DNA of 64,000 nt, taken from positions 160,001 through 224,000 of the forward strand of contig CAVSNY010000002.1 in NCBI GenBank assembly GCA_963729605.1, read 5' to 3'. This DNA is from an uncultured Gammaproteobacteria bacterium (GTDB lineage: Bacteria; Pseudomonadota; Gammaproteobacteria; DRLM01). Each line of letters begins with the position of its first letter. Within the stretch, counting starts at the first letter, position 1. Below are positions 37,932-49,711 of the stretch, in pieces. The notes beneath the pieces were generated by a model. It did no database searches. It had not been told where the DNA came from and saw nothing but the letters and a program-made list of their open reading frames with translations. Position numbers and translations under genes: made by a program.

Positions 37932-40241
37932 ATGACTGAGGCTCCACAAAACGGCATAAAAGGATTGAAACATTGGCGTTATGACCTGCTTGCGGGGTTA
38001 CAGGTCGCGCTAGTGTCTTTGCCGCTGTCGCTGGGTATCGCTATCGCTTCCGGCGCGCCGCCGGTTACTGGTTTAATCTCGGCGATCATCGCCGGTCTCA
38101 TTTTTCCGTTCTTGGGCGGCGCCTACGTCACCATCAGCGGTCCGGCCGCGGGACTCGCGCCGGCGTTGTTGTCGGGCATGTTGCTGTTGGGCGGCGGCGA
38201 TCTGGCGACGGGTTATCCGTTGTTGCTGGTCGCGATCTGTTTCACGGGATTGGTGCAGGTCGTGCTGGCTTTCTTCAAGGCCGGACGTTTTGCCATTTTC
38301 CTTCCCGTCACCGTGGTGGAGGCGATGCTCGCCGCCATCGGCATCATCATCATCATCAAACAGATTCCGCCGTTGATGGGCGCTATCGTGCCGGCTTCCA
38401 AAAACATGTTGGCCTCGATTGGCAAATTGCCGCAGGCCATGATGCAAGTGGATTGGAGCGTGTTTTTCATCGGCGGGCTGAGTTTGTTCCTGCTCTTTTA
38501 TCTGAACAAGAGTCGCCATGAATGGATGCGCAAGCTGCCGCCGCCGCTGTTCGTGGCCATGCTCGGCATCGTGTTGGGTTATGCGCTCGGTCTCGATCCA
38601 AAATATCTCATCAAAATGCCAGAGAACGTATTGGAAGGCGGCATCACGATGCCGGCTTTCGGCGAGGTGTTTAATCGTCCCGAATTGTGGTGGGGCGTGC
38701 TGGTGGTCGTTATCACGCTCACCTTGATCGACGGCATCGAGTCGCTGGCGACCATCAAGGCGGTAGACAAGATCGATCCCTTCCAGCGCAAGTCGGATGC
38801 CAATGTCACGTTGCGCGCGATGGGCGTGTCGAATTCGCTATCGAGTATCTTCGGCGGCCTGACGATTATTCCGGGCGGCATCAAGAGTCGCGCTAACATC
38901 GACGCCGGCGGACGTACCTTGTGGGCGAATTTTTACAACGCCATTTTTCTGCTGCTATTCCTGTTTTTGGCCACTGACGTCATCGCCCGCGTTCCGCTCG
39001 CCTCGATCGCCGCGATCGTGATCTACGTCGGCTGGAAGCTGTGCGAGTACAAGGTGTTCACCAAGACCTACGCCATCGGCCGGGATCAGATCGTCATCTT
39101 CGTGATCACGGTGTTTGCGATCCTCGCCACCGACTTGTTGTGGGGCATCATCACGGGAATCATGGCTGAGGTGCTAATGCTGTTGTATCTGCTCATGCCT
39201 TCGTTTCGATACGTCTTGACTGGACGCATGACTTTCAAGCAGTCGTTTCCCTTGTTATGGGTCAATTTGCGCGGCTTGTTCTCGACGCCGGTGATCAAGG
39301 TCAAGGAGCAGACCCGCGACGGCCGGGCGCATTATGAAGTGTCCCTGTCCTCCATCGTGTGCTTCAACCTTCTGCCGCTGGATAAATTCTTCGCCAGCCT
39401 GCCGGCGGACTCCGGCATCACCCTTATCATTACCGAATCAGGCCGCATTATCGATCACACCGGCATGGAATACCTTCACCAGTTTCAAGAGGAATGCGTA
39501 CGCGACGGGCGGACCTTCGAGTTGCTGGGGATGGAGAACTTTTTTCAATTCACCAGCCACTCGCTGTCGGCGCGGATGCAGGATGCGATCTTAATTAAAG
39601 AAAAGGTCAAGCACAGCGAGCGTGAAGAGCAGATGGAAAAGCTGGCCAAGCGGTGGAATCTGGCTTTTAATCCCGCGACCGTGAGTATTCTCAACAAGCA
39701 GAATTTCGTGTATCTGCGCAGAGGCTCTGATAAACAAGAGAGCAATGTGATGTCGGGTGATTACCTTGGATGCGAGGTGCGCCTGTTCGATTATAGTCAC
39801 ACCGCGCCGCCGGATTATTTCTCAAAACACTGGCATACCATCATTACCATGAGCTGCCCCGGCTTGGCCGATGCCGCGGTGCCTGATTTCGTCATTACTC
39901 CCGGTCATTATTTGGAGCGGTATTTGGTGGATTTCACTGAAATGCCTTTGTCCGGGCCGCGTGAGTTCGCCGAGAATTATCACTTGCACGGCCAGGCGGG
40001 ACATGATCCTTCGCCCTATATTTCGCCCGAGCTGGTTGCCTTTTTGATGAGGCACAAAGGGTTTTATTTAGAAGTGCGCAATGGCGTGCTCTTAGCTTTC
40101 AGGCAGGATCAGGAGTTGGCCAAGCCCGATGATGTGTCTCTGCTGTTCGTCTTGGCCGAAATATTCAACGCGGCTTGTAATGCGGCGCCAAATCAAGGTC
40201 GAGATGCCGCCGAGGTGCTGCCATCCAATACGGGCGCATGA
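37932..40241 (+). CDS. SulP/SLC26 family anion transporter (probable bicarbonate uptake) with STAS-like and extra C-terminal domains
   Basis: DLLAGLQVALVSLPLSLGIAIASG, SGPAAGL, IESLAT..AVDK.DP, SRANIDAGGRT, STAS-like IIDHTGME; about 200 extra C-terminal residues. Confidence 0.9.
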   Translation: MTEAPQNGIKGLKHWRYDLLAGLQVALVSLPLSLGIAIASGAPPVTGLISAIIAGLIFPFLGGAYVTISGPAAGLAPALLSGMLLLGGGDLATGYPLLLVAICFTGLVQVVLAFFKAGRFAIFLPVTVVEAMLAAIGIIIIIKQIPPLMGAIVPASKNMLASIGKLPQAMMQVDWSVFFIGGLSLFLLFYLNKSRHEWMRKLPPPLFVAMLGIVLGYALGLDPKYLIKMPENVLEGGITMPAFGEVFNRPELWWGVLVVVITLTLIDGIESLATIKAVDKIDPFQRKSDANVTLRAMGVSNSLSSIFGGLTIIPGGIKSRANIDAGGRTLWANFYNAIFLLLFLFLATDVIARVPLASIAAIVIYVGWKLCEYKVFTKTYAIGRDQIVIFVITVFAILATDLLWGIITGIMAEVLMLLYLLMPSFRYVLTGRMTFKQSFPLLWVNLRGLFSTPVIKVKEQTRDGRAHYEVSLSSIVCFNLLPLDKFFASLPADSGITLIITESGRIIDHTGMEYLHQFQEECVRDGRTFELLGMENFFQFTSHSLSARMQDAILIKEKVKHSEREEQMEKLAKRWNLAFNPATVSILNKQNFVYLRRGSDKQESNVMSGDYLGCEVRLFDYSHTAPPDYFSKHWHTIITMSCPGLADAAVPDFVITPGHYLERYLVDFTEMPLSGPREFAENYHLHGQAGHDPSPYISPELVAFLMRHKGFYLEVRNGVLLAFRQDQELAKPDDVSLLFVLAEIFNAACNAAPNQGRDAAEVLPSNTGA

Positions 40242-40269
40242 GTGGATGTGGGCGAATTCGGATGTCGCT

Positions 40270-40465
40270 TGTGGCTATGTTTTTCTGTCACGTGAGAGGC
40301 TGTCAGGTTGAGTAGTTTGCTCATGCCGGTCGTATGGTCTGCTTCGGTCATGAGCGTTATCTGGCCGTAGGCGTGCAAGCCTTCGAAATCGTGGCGTAAG
40401 GAATGCGCGCGCGGCATCGGGAATCCGGCGCACTTGGCGTGGTGAATTATCAGGCGCATCATCAC
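40270..40465 (-). pseudogene. Possible decayed tyrosine recombinase C-terminal fragment
   Basis: HAKCAGFPMPRAHSLRHDF...MSKLLNLTASHVTEKHSH resembles the H-x-L-R-H...LLGH...T-x-x-Y-x-H boxes with the catalytic residues eroded. Confidence 0.4.
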
Positions 40466-40673
40466 TCGTCGCGATCTCGGCCTTCGGTGGGATTCACGCG
40501 ATTTCGTGCGAAAAGGAACGGTACGGAATATCAGCGCCGACGCGAGGCCGTGTTCGCTATTGAATCCCCCGGTTCCCCTCGGCTTGGCCCCGCATCCACC
40601 GGCGGCGCGCTCCTCGCCTTGCTCTTTCCGCCAGGCAGCTCAACCGCCGCGCCGACAAATTCGGCGGACCCGA

Positions 40674-41624
40674 TCAATCTACTCGCCGCCAGGCGCCATC
40701 TTCCTGCACGACTTCATACTTGGCCCAGCGGGCGAAGTCGGCGCGGGTGCAAGTGCCGGTGGTGCGGGCCTGGGCGCCGGCCATGACGCGATAAATGATT
40801 TTGTCTTTGGCGGGAGATGAAACGACGCCCGCTTCATCGATGACCTTGCGTACCGATCCGTCGCTGCCGGGCCGGCCGTTGCTGTAACAATGGCCGAGCA
40901 GGATTTGTTCGGGCGACAGGCGCGCCGCTTCGGCATGCCGGGCGGCCAGCGTATAAATCTCGGCGAGGTCCGGCGCGCTAATGTCCACGAAGGATTCCAT
41001 GCGGTTTAACGCGTAACGTATGTCCTCTTCGCCGAGATAGGGCGGCATCGCCTCGGCCGCCGAGATCTGCGCTTCCGCCGTTTTAAAAGAGGAAAGCCCC
41101 AGCGGATAACGCCGCCAGGGGAACAGATAATTGAACAGGACCGCGATAACGATGATCGCCAGGGTGTCCAGCACCACCGGCGCGACCACGTATTGATACC
41201 CGAGTTGGTGCACCGCCTCATCGCCGAGTACGGCGCTGAGCGCGGTGGCGCCGCCCGGCGGATGCAGACAGCGCAGATAGTACATGATGACCAGCGCGAG
41301 ACCGACCGCCAGCGCGGCGGCGACCTGCGGGTTGGCGATATGATTGGCGCAGGCGACGCCGATGAGGGCGCTGATGAATTGTCCTCCGAACAACGGCCAG
41401 GGTTGGGTGAACGGGCTATGCGGCGTGGCGAACAGCAGCACCGCGGAGGCGCCCAGCGACGCGATGACCAGCGGGGTCCCCAGATCGGGAATCAGCCATG
41501 AGTTGAGCGCGCCGACCAAAAAAATCGCGATGAGTGCGCCCATACCGGAGACCAGTTTTTCGACGTGGTGGCCGGCGGGCGGCTCGGCGTACCGGCTGAA
41601 AAAATAGCGGCGTAGTTTATTCAT
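40674..41624 (-). CDS. HPP family membrane protein with soluble C-terminal extension
   Basis: ASLGASAVLLFATPHSPFTQPW, LRCLHPPGGATAL, RRYP. Confidence 0.9.
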   Translation of the reverse strand: MNKLRRYFFSRYAEPPAGHHVEKLVSGMGALIAIFLVGALNSWLIPDLGTPLVIASLGASAVLLFATPHSPFTQPWPLFGGQFISALIGVACANHIANPQVAAALAVGLALVIMYYLRCLHPPGGATALSAVLGDEAVHQLGYQYVVAPVVLDTLAIIVIAVLFNYLFPWRRYPLGLSSFKTAEAQISAAEAMPPYLGEEDIRYALNRMESFVDISAPDLAEIYTLAARHAEAARLSPEQILLGHCYSNGRPGSDGSVRKVIDEAGVVSSPAKDKIIYRVMAGAQARTTGTCTRADFARWAKYEVVQEDGAWRRVD

Positions 41625-42074
41625 GCGGTATTTGTGACGGCGTGTTGTTGGCTACGGCGGTGACGCTTAAAGACGCCTTTAACATACAACATTTAATGCC
41701 CTGTTAGCCAGAACGGATTTCACGGCAATTACGCCGTTTTTTCTGCGGATTTTTTGCACGAGGGAGATGGAGGCGGGTCCGTGAGTGCCGAGCCGTTCGC
41801 GGCTGTTCACGATACCTGTCACATCACTTAAGAACGCCCGCGAGTTTGCAGGTCTGGCGAACTTGATTAATCGATCCCTCTTAAAATCGAGGTTTGACGG
41901 CAGGGCATTTTCGGCGGAGGTTGCGCGGCTTGAAAGCCCCGTTCCGATTTCGAGAGAGCTTGAATAAGCGTGTAAACCCAGCCTCGTCCCTCCGGCACCG
42001 GAAAAATCTCGGCCCTTCCCCTTTCCCGCTTGCGAGAGAGGGGGCATGACTCTTCGGTCCGGCTTGGCGTCTCT

Positions 42075-42227
42075 TAAGGAAGCTCTCAATAATTCCATCC
42101 TGGAATCTTCAGCGCACGGGAAGTGAAAATGTGATTTTCGCTTCCCTTGGTTTTTAACGGCTGCCATTGAAGATGGCGGCACATCCATGTGCCGCGGGAG
42201 CCTCTGAATGAATCAGAGGTTCCTTGA
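42075..42227. mobile_element. MITE-like dispersed repeat, copy 2, with terminal inverted repeats
   Basis: Left end taaggaagctctcaataattc; reverse complement of the right end caaggaacctctgattcattc; interior homologous to 1993-2147. Confidence 0.75.
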
Positions 42228-42251
42228 TTTGATTCCACGTTGAGATAGGTT

Positions 42252-42725
42252 CTAGCCGTTCTCGAGCAGCGACCGCAGCATCCAGGCGTTTTTCTCGTGG
42301 ATCTCCATGCGCTGAGTGAGCAGGTCGGCGGTCGGCTGGTCGTTGGCGGCCTCGGCGACGCGGAAGGCCGCGCGCGCGGTGCGCGCCACCGCTTCCTGGC
42401 CCGCCACCAGTTGCCGGATCATGTCCTCTGCCGAGGGCACGCCGTCCTCCTCCTTGATGCTGGAGAGTTCGGCGTAACGCCGGTACGAACCCGGCGCCGG
42501 AAAACCCAGCGCGCGGATGCGTTCGGCGATGAGGTCGAGGGCGTTCCACAGCTCGGTGTATTGGGTCATGAACATGGTGTGCAGGGTCTGGAACATCGGC
42601 CCGGTGACGTTCCAGTGAAAATTGTGGGTCTTGAGGTACAGGATGTAGCTGTCGGCGAGCATGCGCGACAGCGCCTCGGTGATGTCCTTGCGGTCGGTTT
42701 CGGCGATGCCGATGTCGATGGCCAT
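42252..42725 (-). CDS. dps: Dps ferritin-like DNA protection protein
   Basis: [35 protein letters not shown]...HEKNAWML. Confidence 0.96.
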   Translation of the reverse strand: MAIDIGIAETDRKDITEALSRMLADSYILYLKTHNFHWNVTGPMFQTLHTMFMTQYTELWNALDLIAERIRALGFPAPGSYRRYAELSSIKEEDGVPSAEDMIRQLVAGQEAVARTARAAFRVAEAANDQPTADLLTQRMEIHEKNAWMLRSLLENG

Positions 42726-42769
42726 GGTGTCGTCCTCCTGGAAGTGGCGTTAAATGAAACGCCGGGTGT

Positions 42770-43696
42770 TCAGCCCAGCGTGGTGTCTAAAATCATCATC
42801 AGCGCGAAGCCGGCCATCAGGCCGAGGGTCGCCGGGGTCTGATGGCCGTTGCGGTGGGTCTCGGGGATCACCTCGTGCGAGACCACGAAAATCATCGCGC
42901 CGGCGGCGAGGCCGAGGCCGATCGGATACGCGATGGCCAGTCCGCTGGAGAGCCCCACCCCCAGCAGCGCGCCGAGCGGTTCGAGCATGCCGCTGCCGGC
43001 GGCGATCAGCACGCTGGGCAAGGCGCCGAAACCCGCGCCGCGCAGCGCGAGGGCGACCGCGAGTCCTTCCGGAATGTCTTGCAGCGCGATGGCGGTGGTG
43101 AGCGGCAGGCCCACGCTCAGGTCGGCTTCCGCGAAGCTGACGCCGATCGCCATGCCCTCGGGCAGATTATGCAGCGCGATGGCGAATACGAACAACCATA
43201 CCCGGCCGCAGCGTTCGTGACCGGGGCCGCAGGGGCCGGTCTTGTCGTGTTCGTGCGGCGTGAATTCGTCGAGGCCCAGCATCAGCATGACGCCGATGGC
43301 CATGCCGAACACCACCACCGCCGCGCCCAGGCCCTTGTTGTCGGTAATCTGCGTGCCCGCTTCCAGGCCGGGCAGCAGCAGCGAGAAGGCGCTCGCCGCC
43401 AGCATCATGCCGGCGGCGAGGCCGAGCAGGCTGTCTTCGACGCGCTGGGGAATGCGGCGCAACATCAGGGCAGGCAGGGCGCCGAGGGTGGTGGTGGCGA
43501 AACCCGCCAGACCGCCGAGCAGCGCATACCTCACCGCCGCATCGGCCTCGCCCGACCATATCAACACGAGGCTTTGCAGCAGCAGGCCCAGCATGGTGAC
43601 CAGGGCGATGCCGAGACCGGTCGCGATCAGAGGATGGTCGCCGGCATGCCTGCGCAGCAGGCCGAACCAGGTGGGCGGTGTGCGGGCGATTTCCAC
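42770..43696 (-). CDS. ZIP family divalent metal transporter (GufA/ZupT-like)
   Basis: AAGMMLAAS, PHEH loop, IALHNLPEGMAIG, LQDIPEG, AAGAMIFVV..EVIPE. Confidence 0.93.
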   Translation of the reverse strand: MEIARTPPTWFGLLRRHAGDHPLIATGLGIALVTMLGLLLQSLVLIWSGEADAAVRYALLGGLAGFATTTLGALPALMLRRIPQRVEDSLLGLAAGMMLAASAFSLLLPGLEAGTQITDNKGLGAAVVVFGMAIGVMLMLGLDEFTPHEHDKTGPCGPGHERCGRVWLFVFAIALHNLPEGMAIGVSFAEADLSVGLPLTTAIALQDIPEGLAVALALRGAGFGALPSVLIAAGSGMLEPLGALLGVGLSSGLAIAYPIGLGLAAGAMIFVVSHEVIPETHRNGHQTPATLGLMAGFALMMILDTTLG

Positions 43697-43845
43697 GCCT
43701 TTGCTACCTCGTCATCGCGGCTGAAAAATCCGATTGCTTCAGTGTCGAGTGTACTCCCAAAGCCCGGCGGCCGCATGGGACTCATGAAAACCGGGGCGGA
43801 ACGTCATCGTTGATTTCGCGCGCGGCCGGTCGGCGGCGGCCGCGC

Positions 43846-44724
43846 TTAATAGATTTTCTCGTCCCCCGCCGGACGGGTGCGAAAACGTTTATAGCCCCAT
43901 TGATACTGTTGCGGAGAGCGGCGTATCAAGTCTTCAACCATCGCATTCATCACGCCCACGGAATTTTCGATGGGCGCTTGATTGATCGCCGGCGGGGCGG
44001 GAAAGAAATGCAGATGATAGCCGCGGCCACCCGGCAGGCGTTCGGCGTAGCCGAAGATCACCGCCGCGCCGGTTTTGATGGCGAGCCGCGACAGCAGCAC
44101 CATGGTGTTGGCCGGCACGCCGAACAGCGGCGCGAACACGCCGTTGCCGGCGCCGGGTTCCTGGTCGGGCAACATGCCCACCAATTCGCCGCGGCCCAGG
44201 GCTTGATACAGCGCCCGCACGCCGCCGGCATCGGCCGGCACCAGCTTGGCGCCGAGGCGTTCGCGGCCATGGCGCACCAGCGTATCCATTTCCGCCAAGC
44301 GCGGCGGCCGATACAGACTGGTCATGGGATAGTGATGTGAGCAATACAGTCCGATCATTTCCCAGGCGCCCAGATGCGGCACGGCCAGGATGGCGCCCTT
44401 GCCGAGCGCGAGGGCGTTGCGCAGATGTTCTTCGCCGCTCACCGCGCGCACCAGTCGCAGCGTGCGTTCGCCGGGCCACAACCACAAGGCGCCGGCCTCG
44501 CACATGGTCTTGCCGGCCTCGATGAGGCTGGCGTGGATCAGCCGCCGTTGTCGCGCGGCGCCGAGTTCCGGCCAGCACAGCGGCACGTTGATCGCGCTAA
44601 TGCGGCGCAGTTGATTGGGCGCGATCAGCAGGCCGCCGCCGATGATGACGCCCGCGGCGTGGGCGAGCGGCAGCGGCAGGGCGGCGAGGGCGCGCAGCAG
44701 CCGGCGGATTAGACGCGCGCGCAT
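43846..44724 (-). CDS. Lipid A biosynthesis acyltransferase family (LpxL/HtrB-like)
   Basis: PHLGAWE, LYRPP, MLPDQ.P, FAPLFG, PQQYQWGYKRFR. Confidence 0.9.
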   Translation of the reverse strand: MRARLIRRLLRALAALPLPLAHAAGVIIGGGLLIAPNQLRRISAINVPLCWPELGAARQRRLIHASLIEAGKTMCEAGALWLWPGERTLRLVRAVSGEEHLRNALALGKGAILAVPHLGAWEMIGLYCSHHYPMTSLYRPPRLAEMDTLVRHGRERLGAKLVPADAGGVRALYQALGRGELVGMLPDQEPGAGNGVFAPLFGVPANTMVLLSRLAIKTGAAVIFGYAERLPGGRGYHLHFFPAPPAINQAPIENSVGVMNAMVEDLIRRSPQQYQWGYKRFRTRPAGDEKIY

Positions 44725-44727
44725 GGC

Positions 44728-44967
44728 TCAGTCACCGCCGGCGGACAAGTCGGCGGAGTAATCGGTGTCGAGTATGAGGCGGGCCTGCGCACTGTGTTCC
44801 GCGTCCACTTGCAATTTGATCCAGCCCACCGCGATGTTGTACAGCCAATCGGTCTGGCCGAGGTGTTCGTCCTTCAACCAACAGGCGATGCCTTCGGTTT
44901 CGAGGCGGCCCTTGGCGATGTGGGCGGCGGGCATATTGTCGAAGGTGGCGACGGTAACCAGTTTCAT
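44728..44967 (-). CDS. DUF2007-like small protein
   Basis: LVTVATF..MPAAHIAKGRLETEGI...DEH...AVGWIKLQV. Confidence 0.82.
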   Translation of the reverse strand: MKLVTVATFDNMPAAHIAKGRLETEGIACWLKDEHLGQTDWLYNIAVGWIKLQVDAEHSAQARLILDTDYSADLSAGGD

Positions 44968-45075
44968 GCGGGGAGTCCAGTCCGGGCGCTGTCTGCGCTA
45001 GGCCGCTATTCTAGCGTAGCGCTTCGCAATGGCTGGAATATTTGCTCCGCGATGAAAGACCAAACGGTTCCATCA

Positions 45076-45213
45076 CTCCCCTCCTCAAACGAGGAGGGGT
45101 GGCGCGCTAGCGCCGGGGTGGTTGGGTGCAAAGGCGCAGTGAGCAGACTACTCGGGCACGGCGCATAAACCACTCCGCCCCTCCGGGGCACCCTCCTTGT
45201 ACAAGGAGGGGAG
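45076..45213. repeat. Pair of inverted REP-like palindromic elements
   Basis: ctcccctcctcaaacgaggaggggtggcg...cgccggggtggtt, and its inverted homologue aaccactccgcc...ggcaccctccttgtacaaggaggggag; each carries an internal ccctcct/aggaggg hairpin. Confidence 0.75.
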
Positions 45214-45369
45214 ATTTCTGTTCCTCAATATACGAAGCACTACACTAGCCGTTCCGGCCCCGACCCCACTCGCGTCCGGCGGGCATGCCGGACCGGGGCG
45301 TGGGTGATAGAATAGCCCCCTTTTTTGAATTGACGGCGGCCGCGCCGCCGCGCACGGGTGAAGAAAACG

Positions 45370-49035
<3,666 letters not shown>

Positions 49036-49040
49036 CTGCT

Positions 49041-49523
49041 ATGAGTCTCCCTGATTTAACTGAACTCACAATTGCCGATCTGCTTGCCACCCATAGCGCG
49101 GTGCTGGATGAGTTGCGGCATCGGAATGTGATTCGCTCAAAAAACAACCCGACAGGTGATTATGCGGAGTGGCTCGTTTCAACAAAGCTCGGTCTTATGC
49201 TCGAAACAAACTCCGCCAAGGGTTTTGATGCCAAAGATTCGCAGGGGCTGCGTTACCAGATTAAAGGGCGCCGAATAACTCCCGGAAACAAATCCACTCA
49301 GTTGGGCGTAATTAGGAATATCGATGGCAAAGATTTTGATTTTCTAGTGGCTGTAGTTTTCGATGCAAAGTGGCAAGTATGCTATGCCGCAAAAATTCCT
49401 TATCAAACCGTTCCTTTGTTAGCCACATATCGCGCACACGTAAACGGTCATACAATGCATTTGCGCCCCGCCGTTTTTGATATGCCGAACGTTGAGGACG
49501 TTTCCCATAAACTGCGTAGCTGA
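49041..49523 (+). CDS. Hypothetical PD-(D/E)XK-like nuclease-fold protein (DUF6998-like)
   Basis: NNPTGDYAEW...GFDA....LRYQIKGRR...FDFLVAVVF; clearly more AT-rich than the flanks. Confidence 0.6.
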   Translation: MSLPDLTELTIADLLATHSAVLDELRHRNVIRSKNNPTGDYAEWLVSTKLGLMLETNSAKGFDAKDSQGLRYQIKGRRITPGNKSTQLGVIRNIDGKDFDFLVAVVFDAKWQVCYAAKIPYQTVPLLATYRAHVNGHTMHLRPAVFDMPNVEDVSHKLRS

Positions 49524-49633
49524 CTCATCGCGTGTTCAAGCAATAAGTTCGCCGCCATTTGGCTCCGCGTTAGACATCATGGCCATTCCTATCGTACTTC
49601 TCCTTTTAAACGGATAGCGATTCACGCGCACAC

Positions 49634-49668
49634 AAAAAAAGACACCCCGCCATTGCCGGCGAGGTGTC
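49634..49668 (-). terminator. Rho-independent terminator downstream of the catalase gene
   Basis: gacacc-ccgcc...ggcg-aggtgtc hairpin next to an A7 run (U-tract on the minus strand). Confidence 0.7.
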
Positions 49669-49711
49669 CGTTTCTCAAAAGACCTACTGAAAGTTTAGAT
49701 CGGCAACACGA

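Noticed and set aside
41679-42188. 169-aa minus-strand ORF between HPP and dps
   Set aside because: It starts within the MITE-like repeat and has no recognisable motif; probably non-coding.
45240-45369. Cobalamin, SAM or SAH riboswitch upstream of metH
   Set aside because: Only a simple gtccggc/gccggac hairpin is visible; no riboswitch consensus was recognised.
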